Shown: positions 1-13,474 of the stretch, piece by piece | Position numbering within the stretch: the first letter of the stretch is position 1 | Layout: every line of letters begins with the position of its first letter | Assembly (NCBI GenBank): GCA_051294375.1 | Contig: CM119263.1 | Location: 20,829,661 to 20,893,660, forward strand | Direction: 5' to 3' | DNA from: Paraspadella gotoi | Lineage: Eukaryota > Animalia > Chaetognatha | Length of the DNA: 64,000 nt | The notes under the pieces: generated by a model | Told to the model about the DNA's origin: nothing | Database searches by the model: none | Seen by the model: the letters and a program-made list of their open reading frames with translations, nothing else | Program-made: the position numbers and the translations under genes

Positions 1-729
1 CTCAACTTTCCTTGGCACTCTAATCAGAAGACGAAAGTGAAAATGGACAAAAATGGACATGATGTTTTCTCCTCAATGTTGCAAAAATTGTACTTTTGAA
101 ACGGGTGGATATGATTTCAACCAATCCCTAGTTTAGCCCAATTTGTATTGTGATAGAAATCAAATTAATATTGTAAGTAAAAACTGAACAAGATTGGAAA
201 GAGTTGCTTTTTTGCTAAATGCGACGTTTGTAGGCGGAACCTCTAGTAGTTGATTAGATTCAAGCTTCTCAGCAAAATTGTCAAAAGGGCAACGAAGTAA
301 ACGAGATATAAGCATTTTAAACGTAAGTGGGACAGAGCGACGGACGGACGGACATACCAATCAATCGCACTCGTCTCTCAGTCAGTGACGCGCCAATGAC
401 CCGTCACCATCGTCCATGCCCTTCATTTGCATAAACCAAGGGGGGCCAGCTCACTTTGAGCTCTTTCTTACTCCTTGAATTTCACTTTAAAGTCACCGAA
501 AAATTATCAGTTTCACATTTCAATTTCAAATTTTCACTTCACTATCCTTTAGCTAATTATTTATTCATTAGATAATTGTTAAAATTTTATCAACTTTAGT
601 TTTTCAAAGCATTATATCTTTGTTGTACATTGCATATTGTTAATATGCATTGTACAACAAAGATATAATGCTTTGAAAAACTAAAGTTGATGCAATGCAC
701 AATGTATCTTTATTATTATTTATCCCTGT

Positions 730-770
<41 letters not shown>

Positions 771-1102
771 TTCTCTCTCTCTCACACCCTTCCTATGAGA
801 TATGTCATCTCCCAAATCCTCCGCCCCGCAGGGTGGCTCTAGGGGCGGTCCCAGGGGGCAGACTATTCCAGGGGGAGCAGCAAAATGGTCATTGAGGGGG
901 CGCCCCTAATAGACCCCTGGGGCCAAAAAGAGCCTGCCCCTGGGGGAAACCCCTTGGGGAGCAAAAAAGTGCTCCCCCAGGGGCGAGTTAAAGAGAGAGC
1001 AAAGTTTAGATAAGAAAATATACTTTCTGACAATGTTATCGTATCTGAGAATATCTCTCCCTGTCTGTTACTCTCTCTTTCTCTCTTTCTCTTTCTCTCT
1101 TA

Positions 1103-1182
<80 letters not shown>

Positions 1183-2189
1183 TTTTTTCTCTTTTTCTTT
1201 TTCTCTCTTTTTTTTCTCTTTCTTTTTCTCTCTCTATCTCTTTCTCTCTCTCTATCTTACAAGACTTGTTTTATATAACTGAAAAAATGTACATTTTTTT
1301 CAAATTATTGTTAACTCGTTTATTCCATATTTTATCTAAAAATTATAATATTTGTATTTTTGAACTTAATTATTTTATTTCAATTAAAAGATATAGAAAC
1401 AAGTTTGATCAAACAATGTATGACGTGGCCACAATAATTTAGTGGTAAAAAGCTAATCAGTCATCTGTCTTTTTTTTTTCCTTTTTTTTTTTTGATGGAC
1501 ATACTGATGGACTGATAGAGAGAGACATAATTTTTTAAAAAAATATTCATAATTTGATGTTCAAAAAAGAATTAAATAAATCATAAATAAACAAATAATG
1601 GGCGGTAATTGACAGACCTACTTTGTGAATTATGGAGTCCCAAAAAAAACCAAAAAAACTATTTATCAAGATTTTTAATTTGTGATCAACATTAAATGAG
1701 TTCCACATCATGAAATAAATTTTTTTCATTGTAATTAATAATTATCAGATTGTAGATTGCCTCAGATGAACTCACGTTGTTGAGGAAAGGCTGATGGTTT
1801 GAGAGAGAGAGTGAGCAAAACTTTATATCTAGCTCAATCATACACTTTTCTACTCACACACAAGATTTCATTCCAATCCATATATCTAATCACGAATAAT
1901 TTGAGTTTAATTCTACCCACACACAAAATTTTATCTTAATTCATCTATGAAATTTTAAATAGTAGAATAAAGAGTAAGATGGTTTTAATTTTTTAATTCA
2001 CTTATAAAAATAATTAATTAATTAATTAATTATTAATATCAGTCTTTAAGTCCGTCCCACATTAGCAAAAGTGTGCAAGTGAAAGTGAAAGTCATATTTA
2101 CTTGAATGTTATTAAAAATTTTTTCTCACTCTTTCTCTCTTTCTATTTCTCACAGATGAAATTAATAATTAGCTAATTGTTAAGTTTAT

Positions 2190-2552
2190 TGTTAACCAAA
2201 TTATGCAAGTTGACCAAATTATCCAAGTTGTCCAAATTATGCAAGTTGACCAAATTATGTAAGTTGACCAAATTATGCAAGTTGACTAAATTATGCAAGT
2301 TGACCAAATTATAACAGTTGACCAAATTATAAAAGTTTACCAAATTATAAAAGTTTACCATATTATGAAAGTTTACTAAATTATAAAGGTTAACCAAATT
2401 ATGTAAGTTGACTAAATTATTCAAAAAATGACCAAATTATGCCAGTTGACCAAATTGTTATAGTTGACCAAATTATGAAAGTTTACCAAATTCTAAAAGT
2501 TGACCAAATTATATCAGTTGACCAAATTATGTCAATTGACCAAATTATGCAT
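2190..2552. repeat. 18-bp minisatellite (AAGTTGACCAAATTATGC)n
   Basis: About 20 degenerate tandem units. These generate the spurious NLVNLH ORF. Confidence 0.9.
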
Positions 2553-2768
2553 ATTGGTGTGGGCGCAGCTATTGGTTCATTGATTGATTAATGGAAGTGA
2601 AAAATATTATTTTTAATTGTATATTTTATTTTATTAAAAGATGAAAAAAGAAAAGAGATAGAGAAAGAGAGAGAGAGAGGGAGAGAGAGAGAGAGAAGAG
2701 AGGGAGAGAGAAATAGGAGGGAGAGCCATTCCAGGGGGCAGGCAAATTCATGCCCTTGGGGGCCACCC

Positions 2769-3123
2769 CACTGAGAAAGCTTGTATAGAGAGACCTCCAG
2801 GTTAAACTCCCGCTCTTCTCCGGACCCACCAATCGCCTACACTGAGAAAGCTTGTATAGAGAGACCTCCAGGTTAAACTCCCGCTCTTCTCCGGACCCAC
2901 CAATCGCCTACACTGAGAAAGCTTGTATAGAGAGACCTCCAGGTTAAACTCCCGCTCTTCTCCGGACCCACCAATCGCCTACACTGAGAAAGCTTGTATA
3001 GAGAGACCTCCAGGTTAAACTCCCGCTCTTCTCCGGACCCACCAATCGCCTACACTGAGAAAGCTTGTATAGAGAGACCTCCAGGTTAAACTCCCGCTCT
3101 TCTCGGGACCCACCAATCGCCTA
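2769..3123. repeat. 71-bp tandem repeat, 5 near-identical copies
   Basis: Units start at 2769, 2840, 2911, 2982 and 3053 (CACTGAGAAAGCTTG...AATCGCCTA). Confidence 0.95.
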
Positions 3124-3364
3124 TAGGGGAAAGGGGAAAGGTTTTTCTAGCCCCTGGGGGATTCCCCTGGAGTGGCCCCTTGGGGCCCAAAAAAAGAGGC
3201 TACAGGGGGCCGCCCCCAGGCAGTAAGGATTTGCTTGCCCCCCGGGGCCGCCCCGAGGGGCCACCCCGCGGGGCCGCCCCTAGCAGCGCCCCCGGGGGAG
3301 GCGATTCTGAAGGATGACATACTTGCTTCCTATGCACAAACTTCAACTCTATTTTCACAAACTG

Positions 3365-3412
3365 TTAAACGCTGATGAAAGCTTGAAAAACAAGCCAAAA
3401 CATGTCTGTTTT
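3365..3412 (+). ncRNA. Degenerate minimal type I hammerhead ribozyme (pLTR)
   Basis: CTGATGA-aagcttg...caagcc-AAAAC-ATGTC. The GAAA box is mutated to AAAA. Stem I AAACG/TGTTT. Confidence 0.6.
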
Positions 3413-3556
3413 TATATAAATAAAATTCGTTGCAAACTAAAACTTTTTCAATCTCTAAAGATTAATTCACGTGATGTTAAAGATAGTTTCTGATAAAAAC
3501 GTTGTAAACGAACTTGCTTGGTTAATTTATAAAACCTTAATAAAATAACCAAAGCA

Positions 3557-4236
3557 TGAAGAGACAGTAATTATTTATAAGCGTTAATGACAGAACCGTT
3601 CAATATAAGCAGTCCCTGAGCTTTGGATCAGGCTGTAACACCATATTACAGGCGGTTTAAGCGCCCCGTCCCTCTTAACTGCTAGGCGGCCACCGGGCTA
3701 GAACCCCGGACCTTTGGGTTGGGACGCGAATGACTTGCCTTTGGCACAAATGGCCGCTAATGAACGGTTGGTGAATTTTAGTCTAACATATATAATTTTT
3801 ATATTGGTTGTACCAATTTCATATATTGGTTCTACCAATTTCATACATCTCCCCCCCCATAGGGAGAAGTCTGTTGTGTCTCTTCAGTGAATTGTTGTTG
3901 TTGGTGGAAAGTTCGTCACCAAGTTGAGGCATGTCGCCTGATGGCGGAAAGTGCATCGCCAGGTTGAAGCATGTCGCCTGAAAGTGTTGTTGTTGCTGTT
4001 GTGTTTGGAAGTCGGACTCACCATGAAGAGACAGTAATTATTGTTATGTGTTAATGACAGAACCGTTCAATATAAGCAGTCCCTGAGCTTCGGATCAGGC
4101 TGTAACACTGTGTTACAGGCGGGTTAAGCGCCCCGTCCTCTTAACTGCTAGGCGGCCACCGGGGTTGGGAGACGAATGACTTGCCTCCGGCACCAATGGC
4201 CGCTGATGAACGGTTGGTGGATTTTAGTCTACCATA
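3557..4236 (-). mobile_element. Miniature LTR element (TRIM/retrozyme-like), family A, full length
   Basis: Two LTRs (~3557-3790, 4024-4236), PBS TGGTGAGTCCGAC (4011-4023, minus), G-rich PPT (~3850-3858), TSD AGCA on both sides. Confidence 0.9.
4077..4148 (-). ncRNA. Twister-ribozyme motif (type P5 permutation), family A 5' LTR
   Basis: Minus strand reads GCAGTT-AAGAG-GACGG-GGCGCT-TAA-CCC-GC-[P3 CTGTAACAC/GTGTTACAG]-CCTGA-TCCGAAGC-TCAGG-GACTGC. A mutated second copy lies at ~3609-3682. Confidence 0.75.
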
Positions 4237-5505
4237 AGCATATAGATATTCCAACTGCTTTTGCCAGCAAGCAATTACAATATCTATATCACATACCATT
4301 GTAAAATAGTAAACATTAACATCAAATATGAATAAAGTAAACAAACATTAACAATGTAAAATATTCTTTGTTAAAGACCAAAGAAATTCAAAGTGGAGAG
4401 ATTCTAGAAATAGAATTTGTAACAATTATTACTAGTGTTCTCTAGTAGTTTATAGTCATCTTTTGTTTTAATATACAAATAGTATCATATAGTACAATCA
4501 TAAGTATAGAAATGGAATATTTATTTTGTAACAAGGCATTGTGACTCAGAAATCTCAGGAGCAAATCCCGGTATGAATGAAGTCTTTTATTTAAATTTTG
4601 AAATAATTGTTTGTAAGTTTATAAAAGTTAGCATTAGTTAATAGTTGTCTCCGGATCAATAATAACACCTGACGCTGACGCCTCGAGCTGATATGAAAAG
4701 ATTGAGGAGGGATCGAATCCTACATTACCTATATTTATTATTTAATAAGGCGGGCCAAAATTGAACACTTTTTGAATTAGTTCATTGGGATGTTGCACTG
4801 AAGCTTTTAAATTTTTATTTATATATAACAAATAACAAATTTTTTGTAAAAAAATTATATTTTTTAAGTAACTTTAAGGTATTGAACTAAAGATTATAAA
4901 AAAAATTATCTAATATTTTGCAAGTTGGAATATTTTGTTTTTGATGTAAAAAAGGTTGTGAGTTAACACTATACACATCTTTAGGCTTTTTCCCCCCTCT
5001 TGATGACTGTAAAATATCCCAGTTATCTAAAAAAAATTTAAAAACATTATAAGCTCGTGACAAAGTTATTACCAATTATGAAACAAAATTTTAATTTTTT
5101 AAATTACCAAAATGTGACTTTATAGTGCGTTTTTTTGCCCCACAATCGTTCTGATTCTTCGAGTTCTATAAACAGATGTAACATGGGAAACGACTTTTAT
5201 GAATTTCCCATCCCTAATAACTTGTTTATGCATGACAAATCTGCAACAAGCTTGTAAGGGATAGTCCACAATGAAATTTCAGTTTATTTAAGATGATGCT
5301 TAAGTTTTTTTTCGTCTCTGTGACGGGCGAACAAGCTAATATTAATATTCGCTTCACTCCAGATTCCTATAAAATAATATGAATTAAACAATAATTAAAA
5401 TTGCTGATTATACATTAATAATAGGTAGGACGAATTACAAATTTTTAGAATTATACTGCTGTTATAATATTTTCTTTATCGTTTGTTTTTTAGATTTAAA
5501 GAAAT

Positions 5506-5608
5506 TATGGTGGACTAAAATCCACCAACCGTTCATCAGCGGCCATTGGTGCCGGAGGCAAGTCATTCGCCACCCAACCCAGAGGTCCGGTGGTCGCCTA
5601 GCAGTTAA
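5506..5608 (+). mobile_element. Family A LTR 5' fragment (tRNA-like head only)
   Basis: TATGGTGGACTAAAA...GCAGTTAA matches the family A LTR start. Confidence 0.85.
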
Positions 5609-7505
5609 TATAGTAAAACAAGTAATCTTGCAATTTTTCATAATATGAAGGATTGAAATATTAAAGCCGACACATGTCCGTTTTTCTAAATGAAAAATAA
5701 AAATCGTTGTCCAAAACTTATTTCAAATATTTCTCTAAATATAAAATAATACTTAATTCAGTTACGACGGAGAAACTCAATTCGTCACTTTCCTGTTGAA
5801 AGAAAGAGAGACAGCAAAAGATAATAAGAAAGAAAGATAGACAGGGAAATAAATAGAGAGAGACAGAGAGAGAGAAAAAGACAGAGAAAAAAAATAATAA
5901 AAAAAAGGAAAGGGAGAGAGAGTGAGAGAGAGAGAGACTAAGAGAGAGTAGTTTTAAAACAATCTTCGTGCTTCCTAAAAGGGTAATTCTGGCACCCTAT
6001 ACTGTCGTGTTCATTGCAGATGTAGAAAATACACGACGCATCTCCTGATTGCAATTACTGTTCTTTGTTTGTAAAAATTAAGTTATTTTTATTAATAACT
6101 CAACAGTGCTAAGTCGTAGAAAGTTGAGAGTGGTCTTAAATTAAAGCTCTTGTCGCGTAGATAATGTTTGATGTATAACAATATAATTTTATGTGACATT
6201 TGTAAAAATTAAGTTCTTCGTTCAGAGGTAAGTAAAAAAAAACAAAAAAACTTTTAAAAAAAAAACCCTGCCTTTACCAGGAATTTGCTAACCTATCACA
6301 GGGAGTGCCTCATAGGTGTACTTTAAAATTTTGCAGGTTTCCAAGATGGCACTTTTTTTGTTTCTTTTATATCATCTCTGCCTACCGTGTAGAGGCCAAA
6401 CTTTGTCAATGGGTGGGTCAGAAGTTTGATTTGGGAACCTTTCCAAATGAAAACTTCATAACATTTCTGAGAAAAACTTTCAATGGACCAAAATTTTCTA
6501 AATGGCTATAAGCATTAGTAATTATTTTTTTAATATTTATTTATAGATAGGAAATGTAATTTTTTTAAAAATTTTGTATTTTAAAAGCAGATTCAGATAG
6601 CTCATAAAAAGTTGTCTACACAAAGTATAATTCTTTTTTTCAATATTTTGATGATAAGTGGGCTCAAAAAAAACTTGGGAAAAACCTTAAAAAATCATCA
6701 TCATCATCAACATCCGATTTTTTTAGCAGTTTTTACTAATTTTAAGTAATAAAACATCAAAATTTTAAAATGTTGTAATTATATTTTTTGCTTAACTTTT
6801 TAAGCTCTATCAGAATCAATTAAAAAAACTTAAAATATCCAAAAACAAATTTTGACATTATATAGCAATATAATAATATTAATTAGCAAATTACTCATGG
6901 TTCGGAACATTTTTGCAAAAAAAATTTTATTACAATAATTAATACCAATAATGGATTAGTTTAATGCTGTTCCCATTAAAATTTGAATTTGGTCGGCTAC
7001 CGCTATTTTAAGAACGGATTTCTATAGAGCTTAAAAAGTTAAATGAAGGTTAGTACTACAATTTTTTAAAATTTTGACAATAAATTGGTTGAAAATAGAA
7101 AAAACCTTAAAAAATCATCATCATCATCAGCTGAATTTCATTGTTTTTTTTTAAATTTTCATCAATAAAACAAAATAATTTTAATCTATTAAAAAAATTG
7201 AAAAATTTAAAAACAATTTTAAACTTTATATAGCAATAAAATAATCTTTAAATGCTTCCGTGTGTTAATTAATAAGATAAATTTTAAAAATTATTTTCAT
7301 TTTCATTATCTCTATCAGTCACTTAACCATTATTTATTTGAGAGAACTTCTAGTTTTCAACCTGTTTCGGCCTTTGACGTTAATTAACCGCTGACTTTCT
7401 TCAGTATTCAAAAAACAAGAAGACAACAACATCAACCACAAGATACCCCCTAAACTAAAGAGACATTAAACAATTTTACATCTTCGTCTTCTCTATTGTT
7501 ATTAC

Positions 7506-8128
7506 TTTTTAGTCGGATCTGCTAATAAGCAGATCCCGACTCTATAATTCACTTTGTCAGTCCGTTGGTCCGCCCCCTCAATCTTGTCGGGCATTAACTT
7601 ATTTCATGTCAGAACATCGAATTATGATTAATTATGCAAAAAAATATGTCCATCCGTACGTCCGTCCGTCCATCCATCCATCCGCTCGTTCCACCTTAAC
7701 AAAAAACACCAATTACTGTGATTGGATAGATGGATTGAAATGAAATTTTGTATGTGGTTAGGGAAGTGTATGATTGAGCTGGATAAGAAGTTTCGAAGGA
7801 ATCGTCCGAGTGGAAATGAGTTTAAATGGAAAAAAAAACCTGTTTCACTAATTGATTATGCTTCTTTTTCTTTTTATATTAAATGTAAATGCAAGATGTA
7901 TTAATTAATCAAATAATTAATTATTTAAATAGTCAATTAGTCAATTAATGAAACAATTATTAATTAATCAGTCAATTAATCAATCAAAACAAACATTTTG
8001 GATCAAGTTAATTAATTACTTATTAATTAATTAATTAACTTGAATTTATTAATTATTAATTTATTAATTATTTAATTACCGATAATGATCATGGGCAGAT
8101 CCGACATTGTTTGCTCAAACTTGTTTAT
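7506..8128 (+). mobile_element. Helentron/DINE-1-like non-autonomous element
   Basis: Subterminal inverted repeat GTCGGATCTGC / GCAGATCCGAC, a 5' palindrome, a (GTCC/ATCC)n microsatellite and a CTTGTT end. Related ends occur at ~33080, 36710, 54680 and 59090-59320. Confidence 0.65.
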
Positions 8129-8307
8129 TTCCTTCCTTCTCCTCCTTTTTTGCGTCCTCTTAATTCCTCGTCCTTCTACCAAAATTTGCATAATCCGATT
8201 CAAATTGATGTTAATGACTCGAGGTTAAGGAAAACGAGGAAGGGGGGGAGATAGGGACTAAGATTTTAGCGGGCATTGCGCAGTTTAAGACATCCATCCC
8301 TTAGATG

Positions 8308-8404
8308 TGACCTGGTGGCTCATAGAGTGACCCATTTGGTACCGGGATTGGTCACCAAGATGGTACCAAACCTATGGGACGATTGAGGACGGCCGGAAAC
8401 CGCC
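8308..8404 (+). mobile_element. Decayed relative of the family C LTR (A-box plus 5' part of twister motif)
   Basis: GACCTGGTGGCTCATAGAGT...GAGGA-CGGCCG-GAA-ACC-GCC resembles family C ACCCGGTGGCTCATTGAGT...GAGGA-CGGCTG-TAA-GCC-GCC. Confidence 0.45.
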
Positions 8405-9584
8405 GAGGTTATGTTTGTTTGCTGGCAAAGAACTTTCAAACTTTCAAAGATCTTTAGCCAACTTTGGGACTCAACCAGAAAATGTGTAATGATACAAAAG
8501 ATCGAAGATTTCATTCCTGCCCTCGACATTTCGTATCGGAATATGTAAACCTCATTCTAATCTAATCCCTTTCGAAACTCGTTCGAGAAAGTAAACGAAT
8601 ATCAACGTCAAAGCAATTAAGTTAAATGTTTATTTAATTGGTAATGAAAAAATTATAAAAAACACACACGATTCTGTTTTTAAACCAAATACACGCAGCG
8701 GGGATCGAAAATAAAAAAAAATTAGATCTCTCGATCGGAAATCGAGATGGTCGGTATTTCTAAAATGAGAACGACTACTTGTAGAAAACACGTCTGTCAG
8801 TGCGTTACGACATACGAAATATAAGATATGGAGAGAAAATTGGAAATGGGGAGGAGAGAGGGGGGCGGAGGTTTAGCGGCAAATGCCCTTCAACAAATTT
8901 ATATAAAATTGATCTAAAATCTGAAAGGAACAGTTTTTCAAGTTAAGTCAATTTTTTTTATTTTCATGCGGTTGAATATTTTGGGTATTTGAAAATTTTG
9001 TAAAAATTCAAAGTAAAGTCAGTTGTAAATTACTATTGGCTAAGAAGTAAATACAATTAACGTTATGCCATATCTTCGATTGATCTGTTTATATCGATCA
9101 AACTATTGATTATACATTAGATACGTACTTACGAATGAAGTTTAAGCTACAAAAATATTATTATTGTCCATTAAGTTTGTCCATCCGACAAGTATGAAAA
9201 GTTTATGTGAATGAGATTTAAAGTATTAAAACTTTTTTTTTTAAATACTCGTTTTCAAGATTAATTAGGTTCATTCATTAATGGAAAAAAGCTAAACTTG
9301 ACGCCGCATCGTCGTTCAATCTCATTTTCTATCAACGCGCGTTTCATCACCATCCCTTTAAGGCAAAAGCGGTTTTCACAGAGTTCATAGACTTGAGAGA
9401 AGATTTTTCCTGAGCAAATCAAATTTATTTTTTCTTGTTTTTTTCTTGGAATAAAAAAAGTTCGACGATCCCTAAACGAGGAACGACGACCGCGCGGTGT
9501 CGCAGCCGTAGGGCCATCGCGGCAACCGCAGTTCCGCCGCGGCAGGGCAGTCACGACGCCGCCGCTGCAGAAAGGGTAGGAGCT

Positions 9585-10271
9585 TCACCCGTTGGGCGTG
9601 ACGAAGCACCACTCCCCGTTGTCGAGGCTGTAAAAGTCGAGGGCGGGAAAGCGGGCGAGCCAATCCGGTTTGGCGCGAAACCGACTTCCGGTCAAATCGA
9701 TCATCTTCATGTTGACGAAGATACGAGACGAAGATTCGGGGAGAAAATCAATCACGTGACACTCCGCAAAGTCAAACTTTTCAACCTTGGAGGAAAAGAA
9801 TGTGAGAGTGGGAGGGAAGAGAAGGGAGGGTAGGGTAGGGGAGAGGGAGGGAGGGAGAGAGAAGGAAGAGGGAGAGATAGAGTCGGAGGGGGGTTTAAGG
9901 AATGAAAAGGGATAATGATAATGATAGTGAAGAAAAAATGAGAAAAAAACGCGAAAAAAGGGAAGCGGGGATCCAATCCTCACTTTTCCCGCCTCCTTCT
10001 CCCCAACTTCGCTCATGACCCAAACGATGAATTTCCCCTTGCAGTTGGTCCACTTGCTGCTCTTGACCAACTCTTGCAGGTTGAGCTTGCCAGCCTCTTT
10101 CCGCAGGCTCTCTTCAAGGTTGTGTTTGCTGATGACAAAGTGCCAGTGTTTGGCCTTCAATTTGAGCCACTTTAGCCCTGAGGGTGGAGAAAAAAGATGT
10201 ATGTCATTTGAAGCTATTAATTAATAGTATTAAATTTTATTTTAAAATTATATACATATCTCCCCCCTCTT

Positions 10272-10315
<44 letters not shown>

Positions 10316-13300
10316 ACTCGGAAGGAGTTCGATCCAATGCGGAATATTCTTCACGCCTGATCCTTCGAGATTCACCATCTCCACATTTGCGAAGAGTTTG
10401 AGTTTTTCCACGGGTTCGATCACTTCGATTTTGCTGTAGAAAGATGGAGATGTGATAGAAAGAAATTGATATGGACCATCAGATAGGGATGGAGATGGAC
10501 TTCCCTCTGCGTTGGCAAAGCAAGACCGTCCTAGGGTAACCGCGCCAGTGACTGGAGGCGTCACTGAGGGTCGGAAGCCCCCAAAGCCAACAGTGAGATG
10601 CCCCATCCCAATGGGCATCACAGGCAACTCAGCTGTTGCCATACCTACCATTGATATCCCCACAACATTTCTCGCCTCACCTTTCATTCAATCGAATCTC
10701 CTTGAGGTGAGCGACGTCGTCTGCTTTGACTGAATCCTCGATGATGAGACTTTGGATGCTGTTGCCTCGAGTCCACGAGTTGCGCCTCTCCGCGCTCAAG
10801 TCCAGCGTCTGGTTGAATGGGACATTAAGGGAGGGGTAAAAGCGATTGAAAGAATTTGTTCACTTAAAAATTTCTTGCGTAAAAGACAATGCTTTTTTTT
10901 ACCCTGTTATCTATAAATTCTTTTTAATCGTTCGAGTGGCAACCTCAACATAACAACGGCTGAAAGTTCAGAACTTGCACTTTCAACTTCCATTTATAGA
11001 ACTCGCCAAAGCGACAAATGAAAATTTAAAACTCCTTATGAAATTGGTACAACCAATATAAAAATTTCCCATTCATTTAAATAATTAAGCTATCTTGCCC
11101 CCGACTTTGGATAGGCTTTGGTGGTTTAAGGCATCCATCACTCTTACAGATAATGACATAGCAGGTTCCTTCAAGCTTTCAATCAAGACTCTCTCACAAT
11201 CTTGTTTATTCACTCCCAGACTACCTGGCTTCCCTATCAATGAAGTGGTATAATGTTTCAAAGAATGTTTCAATTGTATGAAAAGACCACTCCCTTAAGT
11301 ATATTATATCAAATTATATTATTATCATTCAATTCTATTCCTTGGTGACTTATCCTTGCGCATTTCTTACATATTGTACCCCTTATTGACTCAACCTCGT
11401 CCTTTCCCTGCGTATTTCTTGAAAATTGTTTTCATTGGCGATTCACCGTGGGAATTTCATTTCGCATTTTTATCAAGCCATGACCGGCGAAGCCGGTTCA
11501 AGGCTTGATATTCATTCGGGTGAGCTTCTTTGTGACGTAGTCGTCGTCGTCGTCCTCGTCGTCCGTCACGCTGTTTTTCTATATAAAACTACTACGCTTT
11601 TATAGGTTTGGCTGTGACTTACCGTTTTTTAAAAATAAAAATTATTATGAATTATGATAAAGTTTTACAAAAGTGTGCATTCATAGTAAGTTAAAAATTT
11701 AGATAATGGCTTCTCATCTTGAAATAGCTTTGATATTTTCTTATTACATTTGGATTTAAGTATTTTTGTTTGAATTTCCACTTCATTATGATTTACTGCA
11801 ATATGCAAATGAGATTATAGTACTCATTATCATATTCCAAATTAGTATATAGAAATGCTTTAATCTAATTTACATATTGCAGTATATAATATTGAAGATG
11901 AAATTCAAAAAATTTTTTTTAAATCTCTAATAAAAATGGGAACTCAAAATAACTTTTTAATGAGAAGCTATATCTTAATTTTAATACAAATAAAAATAAA
12001 ATCTTTTACAAGCTGCGATTGGAAAAAATTGGAAAAATTTCAAATTGTAAACCATTGTAACATTTTTTGCCTTTCTTTTTATTTTTTTTATTTCTTTTAT
12101 TTCAGAAAAAAACGAGTTTCAGTTTTTGCACTGACTGTACAGCGGCCTTCAAACAGCTGTCCAGCTTTGTCTCTCTTTCTCTCTCTCCTCTCTCTCTTTC
12201 TCTTCTGTCTCTTTCTCTCTTTACGATCTCTTGCGTGATCGTTTCTTTTTTGAAAAATTATGATTATGTTTTTCTCTTAAAAACTTTTATTTCGGGCTTT
12301 TTTCTCAATACAAAATCCCAAATTTACATCCGAGATTTTCGTGGATACATTTTTAAAAAGTGAAGAATAACTTATATTGACATGCATTGTCACATATAAA
12401 TCAGCTAATGTGACTTATTATATATGCAGCACTTTCGCCGAACAATATGCATTACATTTAAAAAAATAAATTTGTAATTTATTATTATTGTAACTTTGAA
12501 CCGGTTGCCCACTATTGGCAAATTATATCTTAAATAGTAGAGTTGATAAGAGAGATATAGTCAAATTAAACATTACTTTTTTTGTTATTCTGAATATTTA
12601 TACTATTATTAATTTATAAATATTTTTAGTGTATATATTAATCATTTTTATCTTTTTTTAAATAATAATTATTTGAGTTGTGAATAACTATTTATAAATT
12701 ATTAAATATGCAAATATAAAATTTGACCTCGGTCTGTTTCTTCCTAAAAAGAACAATCAAAAATTTCATTCAAGATAATTTTTTAAAATGAGGAAATAAA
12801 ATTTTTTTGATAAGTAAAAAAATATTTGGAAGTCAAAAATATTATAGTCGTTAACTGAGTATTTTTCAACTATATATTTGTTAATAGGGATTATAATTTT
12901 TGGATCAATTATTATTGAATAAGAGTGAAAGAGAGTTTAGTTTTTTTTCTTCTGAATAGGGGTAGCCCCTCTCAATGGGGTGAATCAAAAATTTTGTATG
13001 GGAACATGCTCAAACGAAATTTTATGCTTTTTTAAGTTTACTTTTCAATGTACAAAAAATTTTTACATGTCTCTATAGTCTCTATATGTCTCTTATACCA
13101 ATATTTATTTTGTAATATTTTTTTATAGAAAGGAAAAGAGTTCGTCCCTACTCATATTCGTCGGAAAATGAGTTCAGCTCTGCAGCGGCGGTCCAGCGGC
13201 GGTCCCAGCGGCTTGTCCAGCTTCTCTCTCTCTCTTTCCTCTCCTCTCTCTCTCTCTCTCTCTTTTTTTCCTTCTAAAAACTTTTATTATCGCCATTTAT

Positions 13301-13438
13301 TCCGCGCTTTTTTCTCAATACAAAATCCCAATTTACATCCGAGATTTTCGTGGATTTTTTCCTTAAAAATTCTGAATATTCTTTATATAAACGAGAGAGA
13401 CCTAATAATGCGTTTCGTTGGCGCGGAAAACTGTCCAG

Positions 13439-13474
<36 letters not shown>

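Larger units (their letters stand above)
797..3325. mobile_element. Non-autonomous TIR DNA transposon with 8-bp TSD (hAT- or P-like)
   Basis: CTTCCTAT is duplicated at 789-796 and 3326-3333. Termini GAGATATGTCATC / GATGACATACTTG, with GC-rich imperfect inverted subterminal arms (~800-990, ~3130-3320). Confidence 0.7.
361..3460 (+). mobile_element. Penelope-like pLTR fragment (361-796 and 3326-3460), split by a DNA-transposon insertion
   Basis: Shares the CCAATGACCCGTCA...CATTTGCATAAA...GGGGGCCAGCTCACTTTGAGCTCTTT block with the 3' end of the Penelope copy at 57.5 kb and ends in a hammerhead-like motif at ~3372. Confidence 0.75.

Noticed and set aside
695-1278. SLSLSL and ERERER ORFs here and throughout the window
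   Set aside because: Translations of (CT/AG)n microsatellites.
1758-1797. CAGATGA-ACTC...GAG-GAAA hammerhead-like string
   Set aside because: Core mismatch, with no valid stem III or cleavage triplet.
2173-2424. Repeat-protein ORF (NLVNLH)n
   Set aside because: Translation of an 18-bp minisatellite.
2769-3123. CRISPR array
   Set aside because: Units are contiguous with no unique spacers, the context is eukaryotic, and there are no cas genes.
4200-4232. CTGATGA on the antisense strand of the family A LTR as a hammerhead
   Set aside because: No stem II-GAAA-NUH arrangement follows.
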